A stretch of 63,557 bases of DNA, the filler included, from Bilabrum cf. latius (lineage: Eukaryota): assembly GCA_965178125.1 (NCBI GenBank). It is 3 parts of 3 records of this genome, joined end to end, with 100 filler letters (N's around TTAATTAATTAA, not from the genome) between each part and the next. Parts side by side here need not be neighbours in the genome. Positions count along the whole stretch, not along the records: positions 53,442 to 63,557 come from CBCXTV010000064.1; 2 more parts are not named here. The stretch is one strand, 5' to 3'. Every line of letters begins with the position of its first letter. Position 1 is the stretch's first letter. Positions 53,442 through 63,557 of the stretch are shown here, in pieces. The notes below the pieces were generated by a model that ran no database searches, was not told the origin of the DNA, and was given only the letters and a program-made list of their open reading frames with translations. A program made the position numbers and the translations under genes.

Positions 53442-56400
53442 GCAGTGATGTGGACGGCAAGGGTGATGCCATGCTTTCCGGGCCTCCCATGTGACCGCTT
53501 TTTGCGTACCGAAACACTTTCCGGGGTCGACGCCCCGGCGGAACACGCCGGCGCGGCGGCAAGCGTCGATGTTGCGGGCGGCCCAGCCATGAGGTACATG
53601 ATCAAGTACACGGAAAGCACGCAGAGCGTCGTCAATCCGTTCGTGAGCCGCGAGTTCCAAAAGGTCTTCGAGACATCCGCCCGGAAAGCACGCAGAGCAT
53701 CGTCAATCCGTTCGTGAGCCGCGAGTTCCAGAAGGTCTTCGAGCACATCCCCCCGGAAAGCACGCAGAGCATCGTCAATCCGTTCGTGAGCCGCGAATTC
53801 CAGAAGGTCTTCGAGCACATCCCCCCGGAAAGCACGCAGAGCATCGTCAATCCGTTCGTGAGCCGCGAATTCCAAAAGGTCTTCGAGCACATCCCCCGGA
53901 TGATGTCGAGCATGCGGACGCCCTGCTCCGGATGATGTCGGCCATGCGGACGCTCTTCCCAGACCTTGCGCGGCAGCGGGACGAAAATGGAGCTCTCCCT
54001 GCACCGCAAGCACGCCGGAAACCTGGTGCACTTCCACGTGTGCATGACGGACTCCGAGAGGTCGCATCGTTGTCGCGTGGCGGAGGATTTCATTTGGGCC
54101 GGCAGCAGGCCGAATGTCGTGTACGGCTTTAAGGTACCGAACCGGAGCTCCCGGCAGCAGCGCAGGCGGAGACATCCGCCCGGAAAGCACGCAGAGCATC
54201 GTCAATCCGTTCGTGAGCCGCGAGTTCCAGAAGGTCTTCGAGCACATCCCCCCGGAAAGCACGCAGAGCATCGTCAATCCGTTCGTGAGCCGCGAATTCC
54301 AGAAGGTCTTCGAGCACATCCCCCCGGAAAGCACGCAGAGCATCGTCAATCCGTTCGTGAGCCGCGAATTCCAAAAGGTCTTCGAGCACATCCCCCGGAT
54401 GATGTCGAGCATGCGGACGCCCGGCTCCGGATGATGTCGGCCATGCGGACGCTCTTCCCAGACCTTGCGCGGCAGCGGGACGAAAATGGAGCTCTCCCTG
54501 CACCGCAAGCACGCCGGAAACCTGGTGCACTTCCACGTGTGCATGACGGACTCCGAGAGGTCGCATCGTTGTCGCGTGGCGGAGGATTTCATTTGGGCCG
54601 GCAGCAGGCCGAATGTCGTGTACGGCTTTAAGGTACCGAACCGGAGCTCCCGGCAGCAGCGCAGGCGGCATGCTTGGGGCGGCACGTGGATCTTCGACGA
54701 CGCCATTACGCTCAGCGATTGCGGGTCGAGGGTGCAGATCGACGCGCCGCAGTCGAAGGTCTTGGCGATGGTAATGCCCCGGAAGTCGGGCCAGTGGATT
54801 CCTCATAGGCTGCGCTCGCGTACGATCTGGTATTTGGGTGGGGAGCAGTCGGCCGTGATCACCAACCTCAAGTGCCAGGCCTGCCCCGGAAGTCGGGCCA
54901 GGGCATTCTCCGAGTCTCTTTGCCGATGATGTCTGAGGAGAAACCGTCCGAGAGCATTGCTGTTTCCTTGGGAGACGGCCGCAATCTTCGTGGGCGTCAA
55001 GGCGCCGGTAATATGGGAAACGAGGGCGGCATGTTGGCGCGCGAGGTCGACGCCCCGGCGGAGGGGGGGGGCCGTACGTGCCGTGACAGGTCGCGCCGGA
55101 GCCGGCGGAGGAGGCGACATGGACTTGCAACGCGTGCCAGGGCCTAAGCCCCGGTCAGAGTACTTCAAGAAGTGGAAGGACTGGATCCAACCAGTTTGCC
55201 GGGTGTGTTACGACAAGTTCGACAGCGCGACGCCGTGGTGGGTGAGGTGCAAGAACTGCAAAAACGAGTTTCCGGCGTACCGATTTCCCCAGATCCGCCG
55301 GAAGAGGGACGGGCCTCGATCTCGGAAAGGGCGGGAGTCCGTTCTTGCATTCGGAATGGGCGGGGAGTTGCTTTTCCTGGGAGCATGTGCGAGATTCCTT
55401 CTCCGCGGGTCCTCTTTCGGCTTCGGCAGTCAGCAGCGCACTCTGCGGGAACGGCATTCTCCGAGTCTTTTTGCCGATGATGTCTGAGGAGAAACCGTCT
55501 GAAAGCATTGCTGTTTCCTTGGGAGACGGCCGCAATCTTCGTGGGCGTCGAGGCGCCGGTGATATGGGAAACGAGGGCGGCATGTTGGCGCGCGAGGTCG
55601 ACGCGCCGGCGGAGCACGCCGGCGCGGCGGCAAGCGTCGATGATTCGGGCGGCCCCCACATCGAGAGCGGCGGCGCGGAGGCGGCGTCCACGGGGATGCT
55701 CGGAGAGGAGAGCGGCAAGGCAGCGCCGAAGGAGGACGCCGAAGACGACGGCGGCAAGAAGACGGAGGAGGAGGATGCTCGCGGCGGTGGACGTGCTGTG
55801 GTGCCCGGAGGTAATGACGACGTATGGACCGACGCAGCAGCTTGGAAGGCGGGTGGCGGCGTGGCAGCCGGGGCGGTCTCTGGCGCTGATAGCTGGGCTC
55901 TATGGGGGACCCCTGCGAAGTCGTCATGGGGGGAGACGTACGTGCCGCGGCAGGTCGCGTCGGAGCCGGCGGAGGAGGCGACATGGACTTGCAACGCGTG
56001 CCAGTGCTGCAAGCCCCGGTCGGCGTACTTCAAGAAGTGGAAGGACTGGATCCAACCAGTTTGCCGGGTGTGTTGCGACAAGTTCGACAACGCGACGCCG
56101 TGGTGGGTGTGGTGCAAGAACTGCAAAAACGAGTATCCGGCGTACCGATTTCCCCAGATCCGCCGGAAGAAGGAGAACTTGCGCTATTTCTTCCCTGAGG
56201 ACTGGTGCGCGAAGTGCCTGGTTGCGCGTGGCTGGAGTCTCCATGATGTCCGTTCCTCTGCGGGTGAAGCGAAGCGTTGGGTGCCAAAAGCTGGCGCGAA
56301 TACCGGTGACGGCGACAACGACGCTCGTGCTCCCGCACGCGACGAGCTTCCTGCAGGAGGCGCCGCCTCCTGCAGCAACGCCGTGCATCAGAGTTCTTCG

Positions 56401-58284
56401 CGTGACGAGGCCTTGGATGACATCAACCGGGCCATGGAGCTTCTCCGGAATGCGGAGAAATTCATCTCCGCGATGCCATCGTGCATGCAGTGTGCGGTGC
56501 AGGACCAGTTGATGCAGGGCATCGTCAAAGACCAGGCCCTCTTGGATATCTTCTCCGGCAAGATAACGGACTGGATCAAATACCATCCGGCCACTCTTGG
56601 GGCGATCCAATCCTATCGAAACGCATGGCTGTGGGCCGACGGAATGGCTCATGGTTGTCGAGGATGATATCGAACCTCGCGAAGCATGCGTGGATCGGCT
56701 ACTCGTAGTTCTTCACGCCATCGCGAAACCCCAAGGTGACGCAGATGGCCATGTTAGCGGGGTCAGAAGCACCGAGAATGGTCAGCCTCCAGCGCGGAAA
56801 CTCACCTCATGCACAACTGCGAGCGCCTCTTGGACGTGCGGACCTATCCGGCGCACTGGGTAGACAACACATTTGTGGTCCCCTTCCACGTGGGCATGGG
56901 CCTAAAGTGGTATCTCATCAGCCCGGAGGGGAGGAAGGCGCTCCTGAAGATGCGGATCCCGAACCGAAGCTTCGAACGCTGCGTCTGGCGCCGCATCTTC
57001 GACACGTTCCAAGGGCCGGTATGTAATGTCCGTCGTGATGTCCGTGTGCGCGGCCCTGAGTTGGGGGGTTGTCTCGTCTGGGAAAAAACAGAGCGCGTGC
57101 CCATCTCCTACGAAGACTTGTGCGGTGTTCACGAGCACGCCGGCGAAACCTCGAGTTTTGGCATCAAGATCGTGTCGCGGCCAGGCTGTACGACGGCGGC
57201 AAGAAGACGGAGAAGGAGGATGCTCACGGTATCGCCCTGATCATCTGCACGACTTCGTGGGGCTCCATGACGTAACGGCGAGCGAGAACATTGACTGGTG
57301 GCGTGGCTGGAGGATCTCGGGAACACACGGCGGGCGAGCCGTTTTTCAAAAGGAGCACGGGTCCTTCGGGACGCCATTTCACTTACGGCGGGCGAGCCGT
57401 TTTCCGAATGGTGCGGGGGTCCTACTGATGCACACGGCGATCGCTGGTTCACTCACGGCGGGCGAGCCGTTTTCCGAATGGTGCGGAGTCCTCCAGATGA
57501 CCACGGTGATGGGTGGCAGCATGTCATAGGCGCGCCGTCGGAAGCTTCCCCTTCGAGTGATGCCTAAAACTGAGAAACCTGGAGATCCTAGCATCGTATG
57601 GAGGCAAGAGGTAACACCTTGGGGTCCGTTCTCCGCTTCAATTCCTGTCCCAAATCCGATTCCCATTTCGAGACCGAAAAAGGTGACCCGGAAAACGACG
57701 GTACTTATTTCTGAACCGTTTTCCGGACGCTTTCCGGGTCTCCCATGTGACCGCTTTTTGCGTACCGAAACACGTTCCGCGCGTGAGGAGCAGATGCGGA
57801 TCTCCGCGGGGTCCTATTTGTGTCTTTTTTCGGGGACGAAATCGGGCGCACTTCTCGTGCCGATTTGTGGTCGTCTCTGAAACCGGCTGCGAGTCGGGAA
57901 AGGTGCCCGAGATGCTTGTGTCCTTGGCTTCGTATTTCTCCGCATATTCTTCAAACGCGGGCGGCAGTGGCTCCTGCGCGGGAGCTTCCCGAGTGGGTCC
58001 GTCGTGCAGTGCGCTGGGTAGGTCCGCAGGTCAAGGAGGCGCTCGCAGTTATAGACGTAGGTGGAGTTTGCGAGCTGCCGGCCGACATGCTCATGTGGTG
58101 ACCGGAGGTCACCACATGAGCATGTCGGCCGGCAGCTCGCAAACCCCACCTGCGTCTATAACTGCGAACGCCTCCTTGACCTGCGGACCTACCCAGCGCA
58201 CTGAGCAGACAACGCATTTGTGGTCCCCCTCCACGTCGGCATGGGCTTGAAGTGGTACCTCAGGAGGATTTCACTTGCGCCGGC
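53442..58284 (+). mobile_element. Scrambled mosaic derivative of Element 1; inverted sister of 20421-24560
   Basis: Shares novel junctions and the 72-bp arrays with the left mosaic. It retains extra glycosyltransferase pieces (56520-57150) and differs in order and copy number. Confidence 0.85.
55345..56667 (+). CDS. Chimeric ORF: double zinc-finger gene fused in frame to fragments of the 1073-2137 and glycosyltransferase genes
   Basis: ...AMELLRNAEKFISAMPSCM, then QCAVQDQLMQG, then IVKDQALLDIFSGKITDW...RNAWLWA. Confidence 0.45.
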   Translation: MHSEWAGSCFSWEHVRDSFSAGPLSASAVSSALCGNGILRVFLPMMSEEKPSESIAVSLGDGRNLRGRRGAGDMGNEGGMLAREVDAPAEHAGAAASVDDSGGPHIESGGAEAASTGMLGEESGKAAPKEDAEDDGGKKTEEEDARGGGRAVVPGGNDDVWTDAAAWKAGGGVAAGAVSGADSWALWGTPAKSSWGETYVPRQVASEPAEEATWTCNACQCCKPRSAYFKKWKDWIQPVCRVCCDKFDNATPWWVWCKNCKNEYPAYRFPQIRRKKENLRYFFPEDWCAKCLVARGWSLHDVRSSAGEAKRWVPKAGANTGDGDNDARAPARDELPAGGAASCSNAVHQSSSRDEALDDINRAMELLRNAEKFISAMPSCMQCAVQDQLMQGIVKDQALLDIFSGKITDWIKYHPATLGAIQSYRNAWLWADGMAHGCRG

Positions 58285-59165
58285 CCCCAGGATTTCGCCA
58301 AAAATGGCCGATCCGCACAAGGAATTTAAGTTGCGGCGACACAGCTCGGACCCTGGCTTTTTTTGGCTGTTTCGGGGCCCCAAGAGGGCTCCCGGCCCCA
58401 AAGAGGGCAAAACGCGAGGTTGTGGTGGAAAAAATGGGCCCCAAGGAGTCTCCAAACGACGCAAAACGCCACGTTGTGGTGGATTTTAGAGCCCCTAAAT
58501 CGCCCAAAAAAGACGCAAAACGCCACGTGGTGGTGGATTTTAGAGCCCCTAAATCGCCAAAAAAGACGCAAAACGCCACGTTGTAGTGGATTTTAGAGCC
58601 CCTAAATCGCCCAAAAAAGACGCAAAACGCCACGTTGTGGTGTTTTTTTTGAGCGTTTTCGGGGGGCTCGGAAGGGGACCCCCCCAGGATTTGGCCAAAA
58701 ATGGCCGATCCACACAAGGACTTTAAGTTGCGGCGACACAGTTCGGGCCCCGGTTTGTTTTTGCGGTTTGGGGGCCCCGAGAGGGCTCCCGGCCCCAAAA
58801 AGGGCAAAACGCGAGGTTGTGGTGGAAAAATGGGCCCCAGGCAGCCCCAAACGACGCAAAACGCCACGTTGTGGTGGATTTTAGAGCCCTAAATCGCCCA
58901 AAAAAGACGCAAAACGCCACGTTGTCGTGGATTTTAGAGCCCTAAATCACCCCAAAGAGACGCAAAACGCCACGTTGTAGTGGATTTTAGAGCCCCTAAA
59001 CCGCCCTAAAAAGACGCCAAACGCCACGTTGTGGTGTTTTTTTTGAGCGTTTTGGGGGGCCCGGAAGGGGACCCCCCCAGGATTTGGCCCAAAATGGCCG
59101 ATCCACACAGTTCGGGCCCCGGGGTTTGTTTTGCTGTTTGGGGGCCCCAAGAGGGCTCCCGGGAG
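58285..59165. repeat. Higher-order satellite; inverted copy of 19514-20420
   Basis: GACGCAAAACGCCACGTTGTGGTGGATTTTAGAGCCCCTAAATCGCC subrepeats. Confidence 0.9.
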
Positions 59166-59466
59166 GCCCTAGAGTGGCCCTTCTCCGCTTCAATTCCTGT
59201 CCCAAATCCGATTCCCATTTCGAGACCGAAAAAGGTGACCCGGAAAACGACGGTACTTATTTCTGAACCGTTTTCCGGACGCTTTCCGGGCCTCCCATGT
59301 GACCGCTTTTTGCGTACCGAAACACGTTCCGCGCGTGAGGAGCAGATGCGGATCTCCGCGGGGTCCTAGTTGTGTCCTTTTTCGGGGGACGAAATCGGGC
59401 GCACTTGTCGTGCCGATTCGTGGTCGTCTCTGAGACCGGCTGCGAGTCGGGAAAGGTGCCCGGGAG

Positions 59467-60759
59467 ATGCTCGTGTCCTTGGCTTCGTATTTCTCCGCGT
59501 ATTCTTCAAACGCGGGCGCACGTCTCCTACCGATTCGTGGTCGGTTTCCGAGGCCGATCGCGAGTCGGGAAATGCGCCCGCGATGCGCTCTCGATCTCGG
59601 AAAGGGCGGGAGTCCGTTCTTGCATTCGGAATGGGCGGGGAGTTGCTTTTCCTGGGAGCATGTGCGAGATTCCTTCTCCGCGGGTCCTCTTTCGGCTTCG
59701 GCAGTCAGCAGCGCACTCTGCGGGAACGGCATTCTCCGAGTCTCTTTGCCGATGATGTCTGAGGAGAAACCGTCCGAGAGCATTGCTGTTTCCTTGGGAG
59801 ACGGCCGCAATCTTCGTGCGCGTCGAGGCGCCGGTGATATGGGAAACGAGGGCGGCATGTTGGCGCGCGAGGTCGACGCGCCGGCGGAGCACGCCGGCGC
59901 GGCGGCAAGCGTCGATGATTCGCTCGGCCCCCACATCGAGAGCGGCGGCGCGGAGGCGGCGTCCACGGGGATGCTCGGAGAGGAGAGCGGCAAGGCAGCG
60001 CCGAAGGAGGACGCCGAAGACGACGGCGGCAAGAAGACGGAGGAGGAGGATGCTCGCGGCGGTGGACGTGCTGTGGTGCCCGGAGGTAATGACGACGTAT
60101 GGACCAACGCAGCAGCTTGGAAGGCGGGTGGCGGCGTGGCAGCCGGGGCGGTCTCTGGCGCTGATAGCTGGGATCAATGGGGGACCCCTGCGAAGTCGTC
60201 ATGGGGGGAGACGTACGTGCTGCGGCAGGTCGCGTCGGAGCCGGCGGAGGAGGCGACATGGACTTGCAACGCGTGCCAGTGCTGCAAGCCCCGGTCGGCG
60301 TACTTTAAGAAGTGGAAGGACTGGATCCAACCAGTTTGCCGGGTGTGTTGCGACAAGTTCGACAACGCGACGCCGTGGTGGGTGTGGTGCAAGAGCTGCA
60401 AAAACGAGTATCCGGCGTACCGATTTCCCCAGATCCGCCGGAAGAAGGAGAACTTGCGCTATTTCTTCCCTGAGGACTGGTGCGCGAAGTGCCTGGTTGC
60501 GCGTGGCTGGAGTCTCCATGATGTCCGTTCCTCTGCGGGTGAAGCGAAGCGTTGGGTGCCAAAAGCTGGCGCGAATACCGGTGACGGCGACAACGACGCT
60601 CGTGCTCCCGCACGCGACGAGCTTCCTGCAGGAGGCGCCGCCTCCTGCAGCAACGCCGTGCGTCAGAGTTCTTCGCGTGACGAGGCCTTGGATGACATCA
60701 AGCGGGCCATGGAGCTTCTCCAGAATGCGGAAAGGTTCCTCCTCACGATGCCAGCGTGA
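59467..60759 (+). CDS. Double zinc-finger protein; copy of 5895-7226
   Basis: Near-identical translation with a 13-aa in-frame deletion. Confidence 0.65.
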   Translation: MLVSLASYFSAYSSNAGARLLPIRGRFPRPIASREMRPRCALDLGKGGSPFLHSEWAGSCFSWEHVRDSFSAGPLSASAVSSALCGNGILRVSLPMMSEEKPSESIAVSLGDGRNLRARRGAGDMGNEGGMLAREVDAPAEHAGAAASVDDSLGPHIESGGAEAASTGMLGEESGKAAPKEDAEDDGGKKTEEEDARGGGRAVVPGGNDDVWTNAAAWKAGGGVAAGAVSGADSWDQWGTPAKSSWGETYVLRQVASEPAEEATWTCNACQCCKPRSAYFKKWKDWIQPVCRVCCDKFDNATPWWVWCKSCKNEYPAYRFPQIRRKKENLRYFFPEDWCAKCLVARGWSLHDVRSSAGEAKRWVPKAGANTGDGDNDARAPARDELPAGGAASCSNAVRQSSSRDEALDDIKRAMELLQNAERFLLTMPA

Positions 60760-61836
60760 CGCGGGAGCTTCCCGAATGGGTCCGTCGTACTGTGAGGGCG
60801 CTCCGGAAGGAAGAGCGCGAGTGAGTCATCCTTGCGCCGAGGTGAGCGCGACGTCGGAGGAGCACGGTCGTTTGATTGGGAACGATATGGTCGGCAGAGT
60901 GTGAAAATCCGAGTTTCTCGTGCAGGATTGGGCAGCTCTCTAGATATCTTGCCTGGGAAGGGTGTGATGTGGTGGGAGCGCTTCCGCCTCACGTGGCAGA
61001 CGTCCACACTTCCTGGTTCCCCGGCAGGCTGTTTGGCGAGACGGAGTGGCAAAGCATCCGCCTGCTGATTCCTACTTTGTTACCTCGATTGTGAGCTCGG
61101 AGCTTGGGGCGGAGGATTCTGCGGGCAGCTCATGTGTGCCTAGAGTGTCATCCCGCGACCCTCTGACTTCTGTTCGTGGCTTTACCTCTTCGCGCAGGAA
61201 GATTCCTCATGAGGCAAGCCCGGTCCGAACTCGCGTGGGATGCCGTGCGCTGGTGCGGCTTCCACTCATCCCCGGGGTGGGGAGCGCTGGGTAAAGGATC
61301 GTCTGTCCCTGCAAGTTTCGATTCGGCGAGGTGCGGCAGCATGACGCGGACCGAGGTGAAGTCCTTTGTCCGCGATAGGTCGCCGCGTCGCGCGGTGGCG
61401 ACCCCACAGCGCCCCAATCCCATTCCGGAGAGGGGGTGTGATGCAGTGGGAGCCCTTCCGCCTCACGTGACAGACGTTCACACTTCCTGGTTCCCATAAG
61501 GTCTTCAGCACAGCGCATGCGAGGCAGGCTGTTCGGCGAGACGTAGTGGCATCGCCCCCGCCTGCTCATTCCTACTTTGTTACCTCGATTGTCAGCTTGG
61601 GGCTCGGGGCGGCGGATTCAGCGGGCAGCTCATGTATGCTGGAGTGTCATCCCGCGACCTCTGACTTCTGTCCGTGGCTTTACCTCTTCGCGCAGGAAGA
61701 TTCCTCATGAGGCAAGCCCGGTGCGAACTCCTGTGGGATGCCGTGCGCTGGTTCGGATTCCACTCATGCCCGATGTGGGGAGCGCTAGGGTAAAGGATCG
61801 TCTGTCCCTGCAAGTTTCGATTCGGCTCGAGTCAAT

Positions 61837-62382
61837 GTGAGGAAGGAGAGGTGCGGCAGCATGACGCGGAACGAGGTGACGTCCTTTGTCCGCGATAGGT
61901 CGCCGCGTCGCGCGGTGGCGACCCCGCAGCGCCCAAACCCCGCCCCGCCTAGTCCTCACTCGACAGCGGTGTCGAACCTGCAGCAGCGCTTCGAGAACAT
62001 GCAGCAGCGTGCGGAAAGCTTGAGCGCTCAGCTGGAGTACGCCCAAAGTGTGATCAGGCTGCTCTCAGGCCTGTTGCGCGATGAGGCTCCTCGGTTCTAT
62101 GCAGACTTTGATCCCGTGATTCGGCGTGCGATGTCTGGCGCAAGCGGCTCCGTTGCGGGTAGGTCTTTCCGTCTTGTGGACGGAGGCGTCATCCACGGAC
62201 CTGACACAGCAGTCGCTGCTCCTCCGCGTCGTCTCATCGTTGAGGTGCGTACGGACTGGGAGATGACCGAGACTGCCTCAACTGTGCTGGATTCCTCAGG
62301 ATCAGACGACATGGGTTCCGAGGACTCGCCGCCGCCGACCGTCGTCCTCCCCAGCGGCGCGGCGGGCGCCGGCGGTGCCTAG
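61837..62382 (+). CDS. Hypothetical coiled-coil protein; copy of 4268-4816
   Basis: Near-identical translation. Confidence 0.5.
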   Translation: MRKERCGSMTRNEVTSFVRDRSPRRAVATPQRPNPAPPSPHSTAVSNLQQRFENMQQRAESLSAQLEYAQSVIRLLSGLLRDEAPRFYADFDPVIRRAMSGASGSVAGRSFRLVDGGVIHGPDTAVAAPPRRLIVEVRTDWEMTETASTVLDSSGSDDMGSEDSPPPTVVLPSGAAGAGGA

Positions 62383-62956
62383 TCCTCGGCAGCTCCTGCA
62401 TCGGAGCCTCCTGTCGAGATTCGATCGCGCAACGTCGTTCCTTACATTGCTTGCCGTCGCATGTGCCGGGCGGTGGTGGGTGTGCGTGTTCGCCGAAAGT
62501 TCCCGGCCTCGTCTTCCTCAGGAGAGCTCCTCGACCCGAAATTGGCAGCTCAGCGCTGCCGTGGCCGATACAGTACCCGTGCATGGCCAGTTGGCAGCTA
62601 CGCGCTGCCGTTGCCAATGTCGTCCGCACGAGAGCAGAGTGGCAGCTCAGCGCAGGCGAGAAACCGCGCTCGCAATGCTGCGAGGTGTATTCAATGCTGT
62701 GCACGTGTCTATCCCGCTCCCTGGTTTTGTCTCGCTTGCGCCAGTGTGACCGCAGCAGAGCGGGTGCTTCCCGTGCGTCTTCAGCTTTGAGCACTCCTCC
62801 AGCGACAGGAAGGCATTCGCTTGCTCTCGCTCCCCGCCTGCGTCCTATCCCTCCCGGGTATCTTCAGAGGCCACAGGCAGTGCGAAGCTTGGCAGCGGGT
62901 CCGTCCGCGTCGTTTCGGCTGTGAGCGATCTTCTGCCCGGTTCCTCACGCGTCATA

Positions 62957-63557
62957 ATGTCCTCTGCTTCGGTGCCGGATCAGCTCGCACGGATCAGTAA
63001 GGAGCTGAAGTGTCTCAGAGACGCGAGACAACGGGCGCGCAATGGGCTGCGCCATCCGTGGTTGCGCGCCATGGAGGCACAGGTCGCTGAGGTTATTCGT
63101 CATCACCCCGGCGGTGGCGAGGCAGCTCTTCGAACCTATGTCTCTCGTCAGTTGCAGAGTCGACAGGTTTCCACGCGGACGGCTTCGCAGGAGGAGTTTC
63201 AAAGGCAGGTCGATGAGGAGGTCGCGCTCACCATGAGGCGCCCAGCTGAGGCGTGGCAGCGAAATCCTCTTCGCTCATGTCATCGAGAGTCCGTGGCACG
63301 CGCAGAGACCTTTCTCGCCGAGGCTTCTGTCGTTGCTTGGATCGACCATGTGAACGAGCAGCGTGGGTGTGCTCCAACTGGGAACATGGTTTTCGCCATG
63401 CTTGCGAGGATGGGCGTTCGCGCGGGGAAGGACTCGGCTCGACGGCAGTGGCTCCTGCGCTTCCGTCGTCGTTGGCGGCTTCGGCATGGCCGATTGAAGA
63501 AGCAGCCCCCGGTAACACTCGATTACGTCAGACTCGCGTGTCGTGTCTTCTATCAGT
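62957..63557 (+). CDS. pogo-like transposase, 5' part, running off the window end
   Basis: Reverse complement of 3093-3693. The frame is open to the end of the window. Confidence 0.85.
   Translation, partial: MSSASVPDQLARISKELKCLRDARQRARNGLRHPWLRAMEAQVAEVIRHHPGGGEAALRTYVSRQLQSRQVSTRTASQEEFQRQVDEEVALTMRRPAEAWQRNPLRSCHRESVARAETFLAEASVVAWIDHVNEQRGCAPTGNMVFAMLARMGVRAGKDSARRQWLLRFRRRWRLRHGRLKKQPPVTLDYVRLACRVFYQ

Larger units (their letters stand above)
59258..63557 (+). mobile_element. Inverted near-identical copy of 3093-7434 (internally deleted Element 1)
   Basis: Reverse-complement match with scattered SNPs. At 59257/59258 it joins directly to sequence equivalent to position 19420. Confidence 0.9.

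Noticed and set aside
3093-63557. A giant palindrome or TIR element with Element 2 nested between inverted arms
   Set aside because: The arms lie on different contigs separated by linkers, so adjacency and orientation cannot be trusted. The arms also differ by a 12-kb deletion.

Overview
This is GC-rich eukaryotic DNA, probably dinoflagellate. That assignment is inferred from same-strand gene blocks, AG|G splice junctions, probable GA splice donors and TTTAGGG-containing repeats. The window is three contigs joined by artificial 100-bp N/TTAATTAATTAA linkers: 1-26702, 26803-53341 and 53442-63557. Almost all of it belongs to two divergent members of what looks like one family of large rolling-circle mobile elements with no recognisable capsid gene. 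Element 1 (about 0.7-20.4 kb) carries an intact CRESS/geminivirus-like Rep (HUH endonuclease plus SF3 helicase) and a stem-loop origin with GGTAGTGCTC iterons; the stem-loop recurs 11,445 bp away. It also carries a pogo/Tigger-type DDE transposase, three CxxC zinc-finger genes, a small basic coiled-coil gene, a glycosyltransferase and a terminal higher-order satellite. Element 2 is an apparently exact 14,660-bp head-to-tail repeat (about 1.8 copies, possibly a circle). It has the equivalent gene set: an intron-split pogo transposase, a decayed Rep, orthologous zinc-finger and coiled-coil genes, a glycosyltransferase of a different family, and a homologous origin. The rest of the window is microhomology-scrambled mosaics of Element 1 and an internally deleted inverted copy of it. 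All protein assignments come from motif reading by eye; no searches were run, so novelty is unverified.
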